A stretch of DNA of 64,000 nucleotides from the NCBI GenBank assembly GCA_016618085.1, contig JABLTG010000100.1, positions 1 to 64,000 on the forward strand, given 5' to 3'. The notes under the pieces were generated by a model, which ran no database searches, was not told the DNA's origin, and saw nothing but the letters and a program-made list of their open reading frames with translations. This document shows, in pieces, positions 37,655-49,100 of the stretch; position 1 is the first letter of the stretch; every line of letters begins with the position of its first letter. The DNA is from Neovahlkampfia damariscottae. Lineage: Eukaryota. The translations under genes and the position numbers were made by a program.

Positions 37655-39510
37655 TGTTCACATTTTTTCTTTTTTTTGAATTCCACACCAACACCTGAAT
37701 AAACAATAAGTGATTTTGTTGAAAATCCACCAAATCCACCAAAACCACTGTTTTCATTTTTTCTCTTTTCTACTAATTGCATTCTTTTGTTTACCAATTT
37801 TCCACTTTTATTTGCGAGTCCAAATGGATCAATAACATCACGATATAACTCACCTGTTTCAAGATTTGATACTGTCCCTTTCAAAGTTGTTCCTTCTAAA
37901 GATATTGATATTGGAACAAGTTTTAATTCAAGATTACCAGACTCTTTCAATATTGAATAAATGATGTGATCATTTCTTTGCAAATATGATGCATTTATTG
38001 GGTTTGGATTTTCATACACTCCTGGTAACACAACCAATTCCTTTTGTTGTTGTTGTAATGAATTGAAAAAATTATATGACATAGTAGAAACTTTTTTTGT
38101 TAAAAAAAATAGAGGGAGTATTTTTGCAACCTCTTCTCCATGTGAAATTTTAAGTGGAGTTTCAATTTTTGATTTTGATGATAAATCAATTTTTAAAAAT
38201 ACTTCATATCCAGTTTCTATTTTTTCAAATGAAAATTCTTCATAATTCGTTAAGAAAATATATTTTGGTTGTAAATTTTCATAGGTACAAGTAAAATCTT
38301 TTTTGAAGTTTTCATTATTTTTATCAATCAAATTAAACTCTCCTCCTTTAAAAACAGATGGAATGAAAATTAATAATGTTCCTAATTCATCATTAGATTT
38401 AAATTTAAAGTCATTTCCTTCTTGTAGTAAAATCAATGAATCCAATTTTCCTTCAATTTCTTCCGCATTTTGAAAATAAATTTTTCTCATTTCATTCAAA
38501 ATTGAAGATACTTTTGAATTTGAAATATCAAATTTTTTTGATAATAATTTAACTTTATCAATTGGAGCTTCATAATGATTTTTCTTTTTTTCAAAAAATG
38601 AAAGTGTTTCATTGTTTTCTGTGAACGGAATTGATAAAAATTTTTCACAAATTGAAACACAAGGTAATGAAAAAAAGTCACCAAAACAAAAACTGAAGCA
38701 TGAATAACTAGTAAAAGAATCATTTTTTGGATCATTTTCATCTTCTAAATTTGAATAAAAAATATCATGTAAGATTCTTTCTTTATGTTCTGAATTTAAT
38801 TTCATATGCTGTCTAAAATTCTCTGCATAATGCTTGACATCATTTTGAATCATTTGTAATCTCAAACCCAAATCAAATAAAGTTAGACTTTCTTGAAATC
38901 GTATTTCCCATTTTTGTTGTTCTTCTGTGGATAATTCTTCAAATTCAATGACAGGAACAATTGGCTGTTGTTGGTTCATGAATCCTTGTTGTGGGTTTCT
39001 ATTTTCATGTGTGTAAAAATCTTTTACATTTGATTGAGGAATTAAACCAAAACCATGATGGAATTTTGTTTGTTTATCAATGTAGTCTTGAACTTTTTGG
39101 TCATAGTCAAAATAAATATCTTCAGCTTCACATTGTTCACATATAGTATTTATTCCTTTTATTCCTCCAAATAGTCCTCCTCCATCACCTGCTCCAGTGT
39201 TGACTTCAAAATAATTGTCGCACTTCTTGCAATAATAAAATTCATATTTTTTGAGTTCTTCTGGTATTTGAATTTCTATGATAGATTTTTCATATTTTTT
39301 TGCTTCTTCTTCATACTTTTCTTTTTCTTCTTTTGAAAGTGCTTTGTATTGTTTCAAACAGTTCTTGGTGTCTTTGTCAGTATAGTTTTCGTACAAGTAA
39401 AGGAAAAGTCCTGACATTGGTTTTGCAAGAGATATTTCTTTTTCTATATCAAAAGTGGAACGAGGTTCAGGTACACCTCCAAAACCTCCAAAATTTCCTT
39501 GATTGAACAT
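37651..39510 (-). CDS. HMG-box-like plus CxxC zinc ribbon plus degenerate 2OG-oxygenase-like fold
   Basis: AKPMSGLFLY...YKALSKEEKEKYEEEAKK; CKKC...CEQC; LGTLLIFIPSVFKGGEF...IETGY. Confidence 0.5.
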   Translation of the reverse strand: MFNQGNFGGFGGVPEPRSTFDIEKEISLAKPMSGLFLYLYENYTDKDTKNCLKQYKALSKEEKEKYEEEAKKYEKSIIEIQIPEELKKYEFYYCKKCDNYFEVNTGAGDGGGLFGGIKGINTICEQCEAEDIYFDYDQKVQDYIDKQTKFHHGFGLIPQSNVKDFYTHENRNPQQGFMNQQQPIVPVIEFEELSTEEQQKWEIRFQESLTLFDLGLRLQMIQNDVKHYAENFRQHMKLNSEHKERILHDIFYSNLEDENDPKNDSFTSYSCFSFCFGDFFSLPCVSICEKFLSIPFTENNETLSFFEKKKNHYEAPIDKVKLLSKKFDISNSKVSSILNEMRKIYFQNAEEIEGKLDSLILLQEGNDFKFKSNDELGTLLIFIPSVFKGGEFNLIDKNNENFKKDFTCTYENLQPKYIFLTNYEEFSFEKIETGYEVFLKIDLSSKSKIETPLKISHGEEVAKILPLFFLTKKVSTMSYNFFNSLQQQQKELVVLPGVYENPNPINASYLQRNDHIIYSILKESGNLELKLVPISISLEGTTLKGTVSNLETGELYRDVIDPFGLANKSGKLVNKRMQLVEKRKNENSGFGGFGGFSTKSLIVYSGVGVEFKKKKKCEQ

Positions 39511-39567
39511 GATTGGTTTGAATAATTCCACCAATCATTTTAATCTTGGCTGAACGTTATCAGTAAG

Positions 39568-40807
39568 ATGGAGAAGAAGCCTTCTTTTTTGAAAAAAGTT
39601 GGAAGTTTTTATAAATCCAAATTATCACAATATATGGATGATGATGTTGACACCATTCCATTGAAAGTTACAAGTAAAAAAAAAAAAAGTGTTAAACAAA
39701 AGGTGCCGAGGTTCTGATAGATTTAAAAAGTGTAAAATATGTAAAAAGAGAACTAAATGATGAATTATTTCTCAAATGCATTCTTGATGATCCAAACAAT
39801 ACAACTAAAAAAAAAATTCATCTACTCAACCAAAACAAGGAAGTACTGAAAATGTATGTGTTAATTTTTTTGACAAAATATATTTTAGTGATGTTATGTT
39901 TGTTAGAAAATCAAATTTAGAAATTCTAATTTCCAATGCTCATAATAAAACAATGATCAACTTTGCAAGAAAAATTCCACTTGAGGAATTAATCCTATAC
40001 AAGAAAAATGAATTTCAACAGATATTTAAAAATGAAAAACTTGAAGTTGTAATAGAATTTTCCGTTCAATTGATACCAATGATTGAAAAAGAAATGATTG
40101 TTTTTTATGATTTTAGAGGAAAATTTTTTGATTCAATTGAGGATTATTCAGGAAGAGGAATTAATGCAAAGATAAAAAATTTGCAAACCTTTAATGTACA
40201 AAAGATAAAAGGACCAAAATCAAGTTTTTACAAATATTTCATTTTTGACAATTTTCTTATAGAAATACCTGCAGGAAGATTCAATGGATTGAATTTTTTA
40301 GATTTATTTTTTAATCCTTTAGAAGGGTACTCAGAATTTTCAATTTCATTTTGGTTCAAAAATTCTCCAGAACACCCACAAAAAGAATTTCCCATAATTT
40401 CGACATTAGAAAAAATGAGAGGATTTGTAATTGGTAACTTTTATTCAACATTCACAATGAATGATAATTCAAAGCTAAAATTTCAATTTGAAGACGAAAA
40501 TGAAAAACAATTTTTCATCACAGAAATTTATAAAATCAAAGATTGGAATCATAAAGTTGTAACTTTCAATGGCAGTGTAATAACTGAATACTTCAATGGA
40601 ATTAAAACAAACTCAAAAGAAGTTGGTAGGATATATATGTCATCTGGAAAAAAGGTATTAATTTGAAACTTCTAACTCCTTTAGATGTTAATTGGTTCTG
40701 AAGTTAATGATTGCGATTTTACTGGTTATCAAGGAGATTTAACAGAAATTAGAATGTACAACTACTGCTTGCAATTTGAAGAAATAAATAATTTATATGA
40801 ACTCTAA
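39568..40807 (+). CDS. C2-like plus LamG/ConA-like protein, multi-exon
   Basis: DYSGRG, AGRFNGLNFL, FSISFWFK, WNHKVVTFNG..EYFNG and IRMYNYCL. Confidence 0.65.
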
Positions 40808-40881
40808 AAAATTCTATTTGAGAATTTGAAAAGTGGTGTTTCTTTTTGACCAATAAAAATTACTCCTTCTTGACCTGATTG

Positions 40882-42097
40882 ATGAGTTTTTTCAGGAAGA
40901 GGTTTCAATCTGTGAGTGTTGAATACAATTATGGATCAAGTAACAGTCAAAGTGCTGAAGAAATTATTGATGCTTTTGGAGACAAAAATAATTATGTTAA
41001 AATTTGTTATGAAGTTCAAATTACAAACATAGAAGCTGAATTTTTTTTTCCAGACAATGAAATAAATCCAACACTTAAATTTATATTAGATGAACCAGAG
41101 AGTACCAAAAAATCAACAAAAGTTATAAAGGAGTGCGCAAAACCGAGATGGAAAGATTTTTTTAATTTGTAATTTTTTTTTTTTTAAAAAACAAAGTGAA
41201 TGTACATTTTTAAAAGGAACAAACCTGCTGATAACTGCTTTTAATGATAATTTACTTGTCAGTTCTGCTAAAATTTCTCTACTTGATTTTCCAGTTGGAG
41301 ATTCAAAAAGATTTGATGTAGATATTTACAATTTAAAAAAAACAACCGAAAAAATAGGATCTGTATCATTTGAAGGACAGATTGAAAGAACAAGAAAAGC
41401 TGAGTTAATTGCTCATTGGAATTTCAAAGGTAATTTTAGAAGAAATGGATTTGTAACTGATGTTACACCTTACGGAATGACAGCATTTTGTAAAGCTTTA
41501 GATGAAGATGTAAATGATGTAGAAGTTGTACCAGGAATGAAAAAAGGTTATCAAGCTGGTCGATTCAATGGATTAAATTATTTGGAATGCAATCACAATC
41601 CTTTAGAGGGCTTTCCTGAATTCACCATTGTAATTTGGTTTTATCTTGAGGATTGGCGTCTTGATTATCCACTGGTTTCAACCTTTGAAACAAATTCAAA
41701 AAACAAAAAAGAAGGATATTCGATCTTGGGATTAAATTCAAAATTTTACGATACCAAACAAAACGCAATTGAATTGGATCACTCAGATGAGATAGAAAAA
41801 GAATTTTTATATCAAGATGTCTTTAATTTGAAAGATTGGAATTCCAAAATTATCACTTATTCTGGTGCCGAAATGAAAGAATATATAAATGGGATTTGTG
41901 TAAACACTTTAAAAATGAATCGAGAAATTCTGACTTCTGGAAAAAAGGTTTGTTATTTGATGTGAACTAAATTTGAAAAATAGTTTGTGATAGGGGCAAT
42001 TGCGGATGATTTGGACTTCAGAGGGCTGAAAGGAAAAATTTGTGAAGTCAAACTTTACAATCATGTAGTATCACCTCAAGATGCAATCGTAGAATAA
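40882..42097 (+). CDS. C2-like plus LamG/ConA-like protein (tandem paralog)
   Basis: STKVIKECAKPRWKD (C2-like), AGRFNGLNYL, FTIVIWF, EYING and VKLYNH. Confidence 0.65.
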
Positions 42098-42205
42098 AAA
42101 TAATCATTGATTTACATCTTGTTTTTTTTTCAATTTTAATTTTGAACCTTCACATTTTTGACCTATAAAATCAGGTTCCAAACTGAAGTAAAAAAACTCA
42201 ACAAG

Positions 42206-42646
42206 ATGAGGAGAGATACTGCAAAACATGGAAAGAAATATAAAACAGGAAAAACTATTAAATACTGTGCTCCTTGTCAACATTCTATTTGTGAAGATGC
42301 TGTTTGTGGTCTAATTGTCACACAAGACAACAAAATTGTTTCTCTGAACAAAAGAAAAAATTGGGAAATTTTGAAAAATTTAAAACAAGATCCAACTCAA
42401 AGAAGGTCTGAAGAATTTTTTGTAAATGATGTAAAATATGAAGTGGTTGCTCCTGTATGGAGAGTCAAAAAAACTCATGATTGTGGTTTAATTATTTTTC
42501 CACAAAAAGAAAAAGAAAATTATCAACAAAGAAAAGCTTGTCCTTCAAAAACTGCTTTTGATGGGAATTATTCAGTGAGAGAGAAAAATCGAAAAAAATT
42601 TGGACAACAAAATTTAAAACTTGATTTTTCGATTAAAAACTGGTAA
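42206..42646 (+). CDS. Hypothetical basic protein with a Cys/His cluster
   Basis: Open frame containing CAPCQHSICEDAVC; no family recognised. Confidence 0.4.
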   Translation: MRRDTAKHGKKYKTGKTIKYCAPCQHSICEDAVCGLIVTQDNKIVSLNKRKNWEILKNLKQDPTQRRSEEFFVNDVKYEVVAPVWRVKKTHDCGLIIFPQKEKENYQQRKACPSKTAFDGNYSVREKNRKKFGQQNLKLDFSIKNW

Positions 42647-42729
42647 AAATAAAATTTCAAATTTTAAGAAAATTTATTTGTTCCATTTTTTGCTGTTTTT
42701 ATTTGTCCAATCATTTTTTTTTTGCTAAA

Positions 42730-44383
42730 ATGACAACAAGAAAGTTCAATGGAGAAGAAAAAGAAACCAACAAAAAAATTAAAATGACAGAACCTCATTT
42801 CAAAACACCGTTCTTAGAGACAAGATATGGTCATGGAGACTTTCCAGCTATTCCAGTGATTCAACTAAAACAATCAAAATTCACACAAGAAATTGTCTCA
42901 AAACCAAAGTGGTATGAAAAGATTAAAGATGAAAAAATAGTTGAAAAATGGAAAAAAGAAATCCTTAAAAATAATTTTAATAATGCAATGATCAATTTTA
43001 CTTTTGACGAATTAGATTATTACATTAACACTTTTTCAAAAAATTCTGATCATGTTATTGTTTCACCTATTTACTCAATTTATCAAGTGGATGAATTGAT
43101 ACCAAAAAAATTATCAAATGAATTCAAAAAGAACGCTTTAAAGTTGGAAAATCTCCCAGAAGAACAATTGGATTGGCATCCAGGGAGTAACAATCAAGTT
43201 ACATTTTCGTTGATGTTTTAACATATTATAGGTTTTGGATTTAGTTCATCCATCTTTATTTCCATTTGTTTATGGAAAGAGTCTTATTACAAAGCAACCA
43301 ATTCAACAATCAAAATCACCAATGTTTGAATGGATCGGAAAAGGAGAAATTTTGAAATCCAATATTAAGCATGGACAGTATAGATCTGAAGAATTTCAAT
43401 GGCTTCCTGCAGATGTTGATGTTTCAAATGATGGAAAAATCAAATTTCTTTCTTATATTAACAATCTTCATCCTTATGAACGCAGAGAGTTATATGGTAA
43501 TATTTCAAGAATTTTAGAAAAGTTTATCCCATTATTTGAAAATGTATTGACAGATTCTGTTAATTCCAATGATAATATTCAAAAAATTGATATGTATGAC
43601 TTGTATGACAAACCTAATTCAGAAGATGACTTGGATGAGTACTATGTTTATAGACGTCCAAATTGGGTTCCTTTTAATACAACATTCAAACCTAATTCTA
43701 TTGAAAATAAAATCAATTTGAAAGGTAGAAAATTACAAATAATCGTTAAAATGGCAAATATCTTATTGACACCTGAAAATCCAAATTATGAAGGTGGTGT
43801 TTGGCATGTTGAAGGAATGGAAAATGAAGATATTGTTGCAACTGGTATTTATTATTATGATAATGAAAATATTTCAAATTCTAAACTTCATTTCAGACAA
43901 TCAGTATTAGACCCTGATTATGAACAAGGTGATCATGAAGGAGTGGGTATGATTTATGAATTGTTTGATGAAGGTCCAATGAATCAACAAATTGGTTATA
44001 TTACATCACAATCAGAAAGATGCATCGCGTTTCCAAATATATATCAACACAAAGTATCTCCTTTTAAGTTGGAAGATTCAACAAAAAATGGCCACAGAAA
44101 AATCCTTGTTTTCTTTCTTGTGAACCCAAAAAACGATATCATTTCAACAGCAAGAGTACCTCCTCAACAAAAAGAATGGTGGAAAAAAATCCTAGCAAGT
44201 TTTCAATGCTTTGGAAATATCCCAAGAGAAGTGTGTGAAATAATAATTGATTTTATGGAATTTCCGATTGAATTGAAAGAAACCAAAGAAGACAGATTGA
44301 GAATGATGGATGAAAGAAAATATGTGAGTTCAAATATTGACGAAGAACATTACTTGAGAGAATTTTCTCTTTGTGAACATTAA
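42730..44383 (+). CDS. DUF4246-family protein (predicted 2OG-Fe(II)-like fold), 1 intron
   Basis: DWHPGS..QVLDLVHPS, FQWLP, YINNLHP, WHVEG, FPNIYQH, GHRKILVFFLV and FSLCEH. Confidence 0.85.
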
Positions 44384-44497
44384 GTTTTTAAAGTAGGATA
44401 TTTTCATGTTCAACTGTTTTCTGCTAAAAATTGGATTATCATCTTGAAGATTAATTTTGACCATTTGTAAAAGAAATAATGTTTGAAATGAATTCAT

Positions 44498-44984
44498 TTA
44501 TTTTGAAATAACTTTTTCTTCATTTCCAACAAATTGTTGAGTGACAAAGTTTGCTTGAGCAGGTCCTCCAGTGTTTGGATTAACAGCAACAGCTAAAACA
44601 AGTCTTGAAATGACACTTCTGTCATTGAATTGGAAGTAAGCTGAAACATCATTTCTTCTTTGTTGGATTGAAAGAAAGTTTCTTCCTTGTCTGAGCTATT
44701 TTTGAAGAAATTAATTTTAATTTTTTTTTTACATTGTCAAATTGAGCTTTTTCAAGTAAAAAGAAATCACATCTTGGTTCACAATCTAAAATGTACCTAA
44801 TTAAAATTTAAAAAAACTTACCAATGAATGCTCTGACTTCTTTTGAGTAGGTAGCAAAATCTACTGCAAAGAAACCTCTTGGTCCAATAACGTTGTTGAA
44901 TGAACGTCTTGTTTGCCAGTCAAAAGTTTTAGCGTTGACAAATGCAAGTGTGAATAAAGCAAGAAGAAAGAGTGTTGTTTTCAT
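44498..44984 (-). CDS. Small secreted protein of unknown function (3 exons; absent from ORF track)
   Basis: Manual splice gives MKTTLFLLALFTLAFVNA KTFDWQTRRSF...ILDCEPRCDFFLL...NEEKVISK*. Confidence 0.7.
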
Positions 44985-45420
44985 TTTTTGAATGGTCCAA
45001 TCAGGAAAATTAGAACCTAATTTATTGATTCATTGGCCAATCCCCTGCATCTTCTATTTCGAAAAAGAAAATCAAGTATTTTCTTTTGAACATTCAAAAA
45101 AGGCAAAAAAATGAATGAGTTATTGTTAAGGAAAACTTTTCAATTCAAAAATTGTCCTATTCAATTCACAAGCTGTATCTTTGAGCAAAATCAGAATAAT
45201 TAATCTTTTTATTTTTTAAGTTCTTTTAACACTTTCTTTTGCATTGAGAATGCACATTATTTCTATATTTTTTGAATGGATATTGAACTGTATTTCTGAA
45301 ACCTCGAACTTTTGCATTGAATAGTTTTGAACATTCACAGAATTGTCTTTTTGTGGAAGATCCACTTAAGTGTGATTTGACAATCAAAGATGCAAAACTG
45401 TTTCATTCTTGTTGCTTGTT

Positions 45421-46053
45421 CTAACACACATGAAGCTTTTTCGTTTTAAGATCGAAGTTATGAGCTCTTTTAGCTTGATATAATTTTGAATTCAATTTGG
45501 ATTGTAGAGTTTGTTTCCAATTTGATCTGTGGCCACAAACTTTAGCAAAATCTTTTAATTTCAAAGCGAAAGCGCATAAAAAGTAAGCAGCATTTGCAAT
45601 TCTAGCTCCTCTTCTCCCTCTGATTTTCTTATAAGAAGCATCTTCACATTGTCTAAAAAGTCTTCCAAAACCTTGACCATTGTATCTAAATCCACAAGCT
45701 GATAAACTTTTTTTCAAATCATCATACACAAAACCATAATCTCCTGAAGGTTTTTTTTTGCCTAATCCTCTGAATGTACTCAATTTTTTGCTGTTCACTG
45801 AATCAGTAACACAAATTGATCTGTATACTTCGGAAGCAGTTATGTTCGAAGACAACATGTTGTCAAGATTAAAGTATACATATTTTCCACAAGAGCATTT
45901 GGATTGACAAACTCTTCCGCCACATGGATCTCCTAGTGTTTCTGTTTCATCAACAAACTCTAAAGCATAAGCATTTTGAGCACATCTGACTGGAATAGAG
46001 ACAACCATTTCAAGAATTAAAACTAAAATAAGCACTGTCGCTGTTTTCTTCAT
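45421..46053 (-). CDS. Secreted Cys-rich basic protein
   Basis: Signal peptide and 11 Cys; no family recognised. Confidence 0.65.
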   Translation of the reverse strand: MKKTATVLILVLILEMVVSIPVRCAQNAYALEFVDETETLGDPCGGRVCQSKCSCGKYVYFNLDNMLSSNITASEVYRSICVTDSVNSKKLSTFRGLGKKKPSGDYGFVYDDLKKSLSACGFRYNGQGFGRLFRQCEDASYKKIRGRRGARIANAAYFLCAFALKLKDFAKVCGHRSNWKQTLQSKLNSKLYQAKRAHNFDLKTKKLHVC

Positions 46054-46130
46054 CTTTGGTTACTTTTGTATTGATTGGCTTATACTTGACCAATTAGTTT
46101 AAATTGAGATGCTCCTTTCATTTAAAAACT

Positions 46131-49100
46131 TTATTTTTTCCCAAATTTCTTTTTTGAATTTAATTTTTTTTCATAATTTTTGTATTCATCAGATTTTAAA
46201 AATTCTGGTAACACATTTTTTTCCAAACGTTCTTTTACTTGTTTCATTGCTGCTTTGAAAGTATCTTTACTTGGATTGCTTTGATTTCTAGCATATTCTG
46301 ACAATACATTGTTTCTTGAACTTTCACTCAAATCAAATGTTGAATTTTTAACAAAACTTTCAATAATTTCTTTTGCTGCAATCAATGATTCTGTCATTCC
46401 AAGTTCATCTTTAAAATCTAAAACAGATCTATAAAATAGAATGTCAATTTTTTGATCTTTTGCAAAATTTTCCAATAAATCACAACTTTCTGTGTCATTG
46501 ACCAGATCATCAATAAGATCATCTTCTTCTGTGAATGCTGCGTGTAAAACAACTGATCTTGCTTGTTCTCTCCATTTCAAAGAAAATTTTTGAAGACAAG
46601 AAATTGCATAAGCATTTTCTTGTTGAACTGCTTGTTTTTCTTCTCTTTCTTTTTGTTTTGATTCTGCCTTAATTTTTTCTTCAATTTCTTTATTTTTTTT
46701 CAGTTCTTCATTTTCTTTTTGTTTTTTGATTTCTGATGGCAAAACATCAACAATTTCAACATCTAATTTTGGAATAATAATTCCGTCTTTAGAACTTCCA
46801 TGTTTATCTAAATAAGGTTTGATCATTAAATAAGGTCTTGAATTTGGTGCAATTGTTGTATCAATGATTTTAACACCTTTGAAATCAAATTCTTGTTTCA
46901 ATGGAACAACTTCTCTTTTTTCCATTTTCTTTTTGTAAATATCAAAAACATTCTTCAATGATAATTCAATTTCGACTTCTGTTGATGGTTTAATTGAATT
47001 CATATGATAAGCCAATACTTTTGTTTTTTGATTAACCACTGATCCATCATTTCTTTCATGGGATAATTTGAATGAATTTGAAATCAAACAAGCAGTATTT
47101 TCAATTTGAAATTTAGCAATATTACATGATAATCTTGTGATTGACATAAATTCATTGAGATAAGATTTTGAATCTGAAAGTTCCAAAAAGTAATTTGTAA
47201 GTTTGAAAATAAATGAAGCGTTTTGAATTGGTCCAAAAGAAATAGCGTACAAAATATCAGAGCAGTTGGATGCGTGTTTTGGGAAGTACTGTTTTGCCAG
47301 TTCTGAACAAACATTTTTCATGTATTGATTTGGATGTGATTTCAATTCTTCAAATTTTCCAATACATTCTCCTAACGAATTGTTTAACGTTGAAAAGAAA
47401 GTTGAACAAATTTTTGAAAGTAATGTATAAGAAACTTCGTTTTGTGATTCTCTGTATAGATATGGTAGTACAAGTGAAACAGCAGTTAAATGTCTAGTTT
47501 CTGCAGATTCAATAATGTCATCATATTCAATTTCCATGAATTTCAATAATAATTCAATTCCAATTTCTTCTGTTTCTTGTTTCAACAATGATTTTAAAAG
47601 TAATAATTGAATGCCATGAAATTCAGGTCTAAATTTAACTGCATATGTTTTCAATGATTCTTCAATTTTCTTTGTGAAGAATATTTGTTTCAATGATTCA
47701 TTATTTATGAAAGATCTAAGACAATCCAAAGCAGCAACATAAATTTCATTCACTGAACTTCCTAAGAACATCATTGATGTCCAAAATATCACAAAACAAG
47801 GTTCTAAATCATTCTTTTGAACATGAACTTCAGCTAAACTTTTCAAAATTGTCAAGTATTGAACCATATGGTCTTTGTATTCTTGATCAATTGTTTGTTT
47901 CACTTTTTTGAATGATTTACTTTGTTCAAGATATCTAGATGAATTGTACATACATTTAATAATTTCTTTAACTCCTTGTTGATCAACCGGTTTTAATACT
48001 GAACTAAAAATTGAAATCAATTGGAAAATAACTTCAGGATTTCTTGAATCAGCTGCTCCTGATAATGCAACTTCTCCAATTTTTTCAACAGATTCTGATG
48101 AAAAGTTTTTTTCAAAATGTGTTGAAAAAACAGTGATCAATTCATGTGTTGTAATTGTGTCATCAATATGACTCACTAAAATTTCTGAATCCACTATTTT
48201 TGACTTGTTCAATTCATCAACTACTTTTTCTTTAAGGTTTCCTTTATTTCTATGAAAATTCAATTTAAATGCTTGTGTTTCAAAGAAGTGTGAAATTTTT
48301 GTGGTTTCTGGTGTCGCTTTCAATAAAATATTGTTCAATAATACTCTCATTTGTTTTGGGTACAATTCAAAGGTTACTAAAGCATAAACAAAAATATATG
48401 GTAAATTTTCGATTAATGGTTGAACAACTTGAGTTTCAGAGAGCAATAATGAAAGAAATTGAATAATTCCTTTGACAATTTCTTGATGAAGAAGTAACTC
48501 TTCATGATCTGGAAAACTATTTCTATCAAGTTTTTGAAATGAAAGATCTGAAATTACCAATTCAATGGTTTCTTTTGGTCTGGCATTGTACAATGAAAGA
48601 AGAATTTCATGTGATATTTGAGTACTTTTTTCAGTTCTACAATGTCTCTTGAGAAAACCAACAATTTTTGGGAAATTTTGTTTTGATTTTGGTGATAATG
48701 CTAAATCTTGCCATAAAGTTTTCATATCTTCAGTAAAACCAAATTCAATTGAAATATCTTGAGTAATTCTGAATAGTTTTGAAAGATTATCTGAAACAAT
48801 TGGTAGATGTTTTGCCCATGGTTTTAAAGCACGAAGAACCCACATTTTTCTTTTGTTTGGTCTGATTTGATCAAATGTCATCAAATATTCATCAAAAAGT
48901 TTTGATGTAAAGCTACTAAATGCTTGTGAAAGTGCAAATGAAACTTGTTCTAAGTAAACATTGAGAGCATATTCAGAAAATGTTCTCATTGGAGATCTAA
49001 ATGTTTCAAGAATGGATGTTACTTTGTCTCTTTTTTCAATTTCAAACAATTCATCTTCTGCATCAGTTGGAAGAGGAGTATCAAATCCTCTGTGTGCTAA

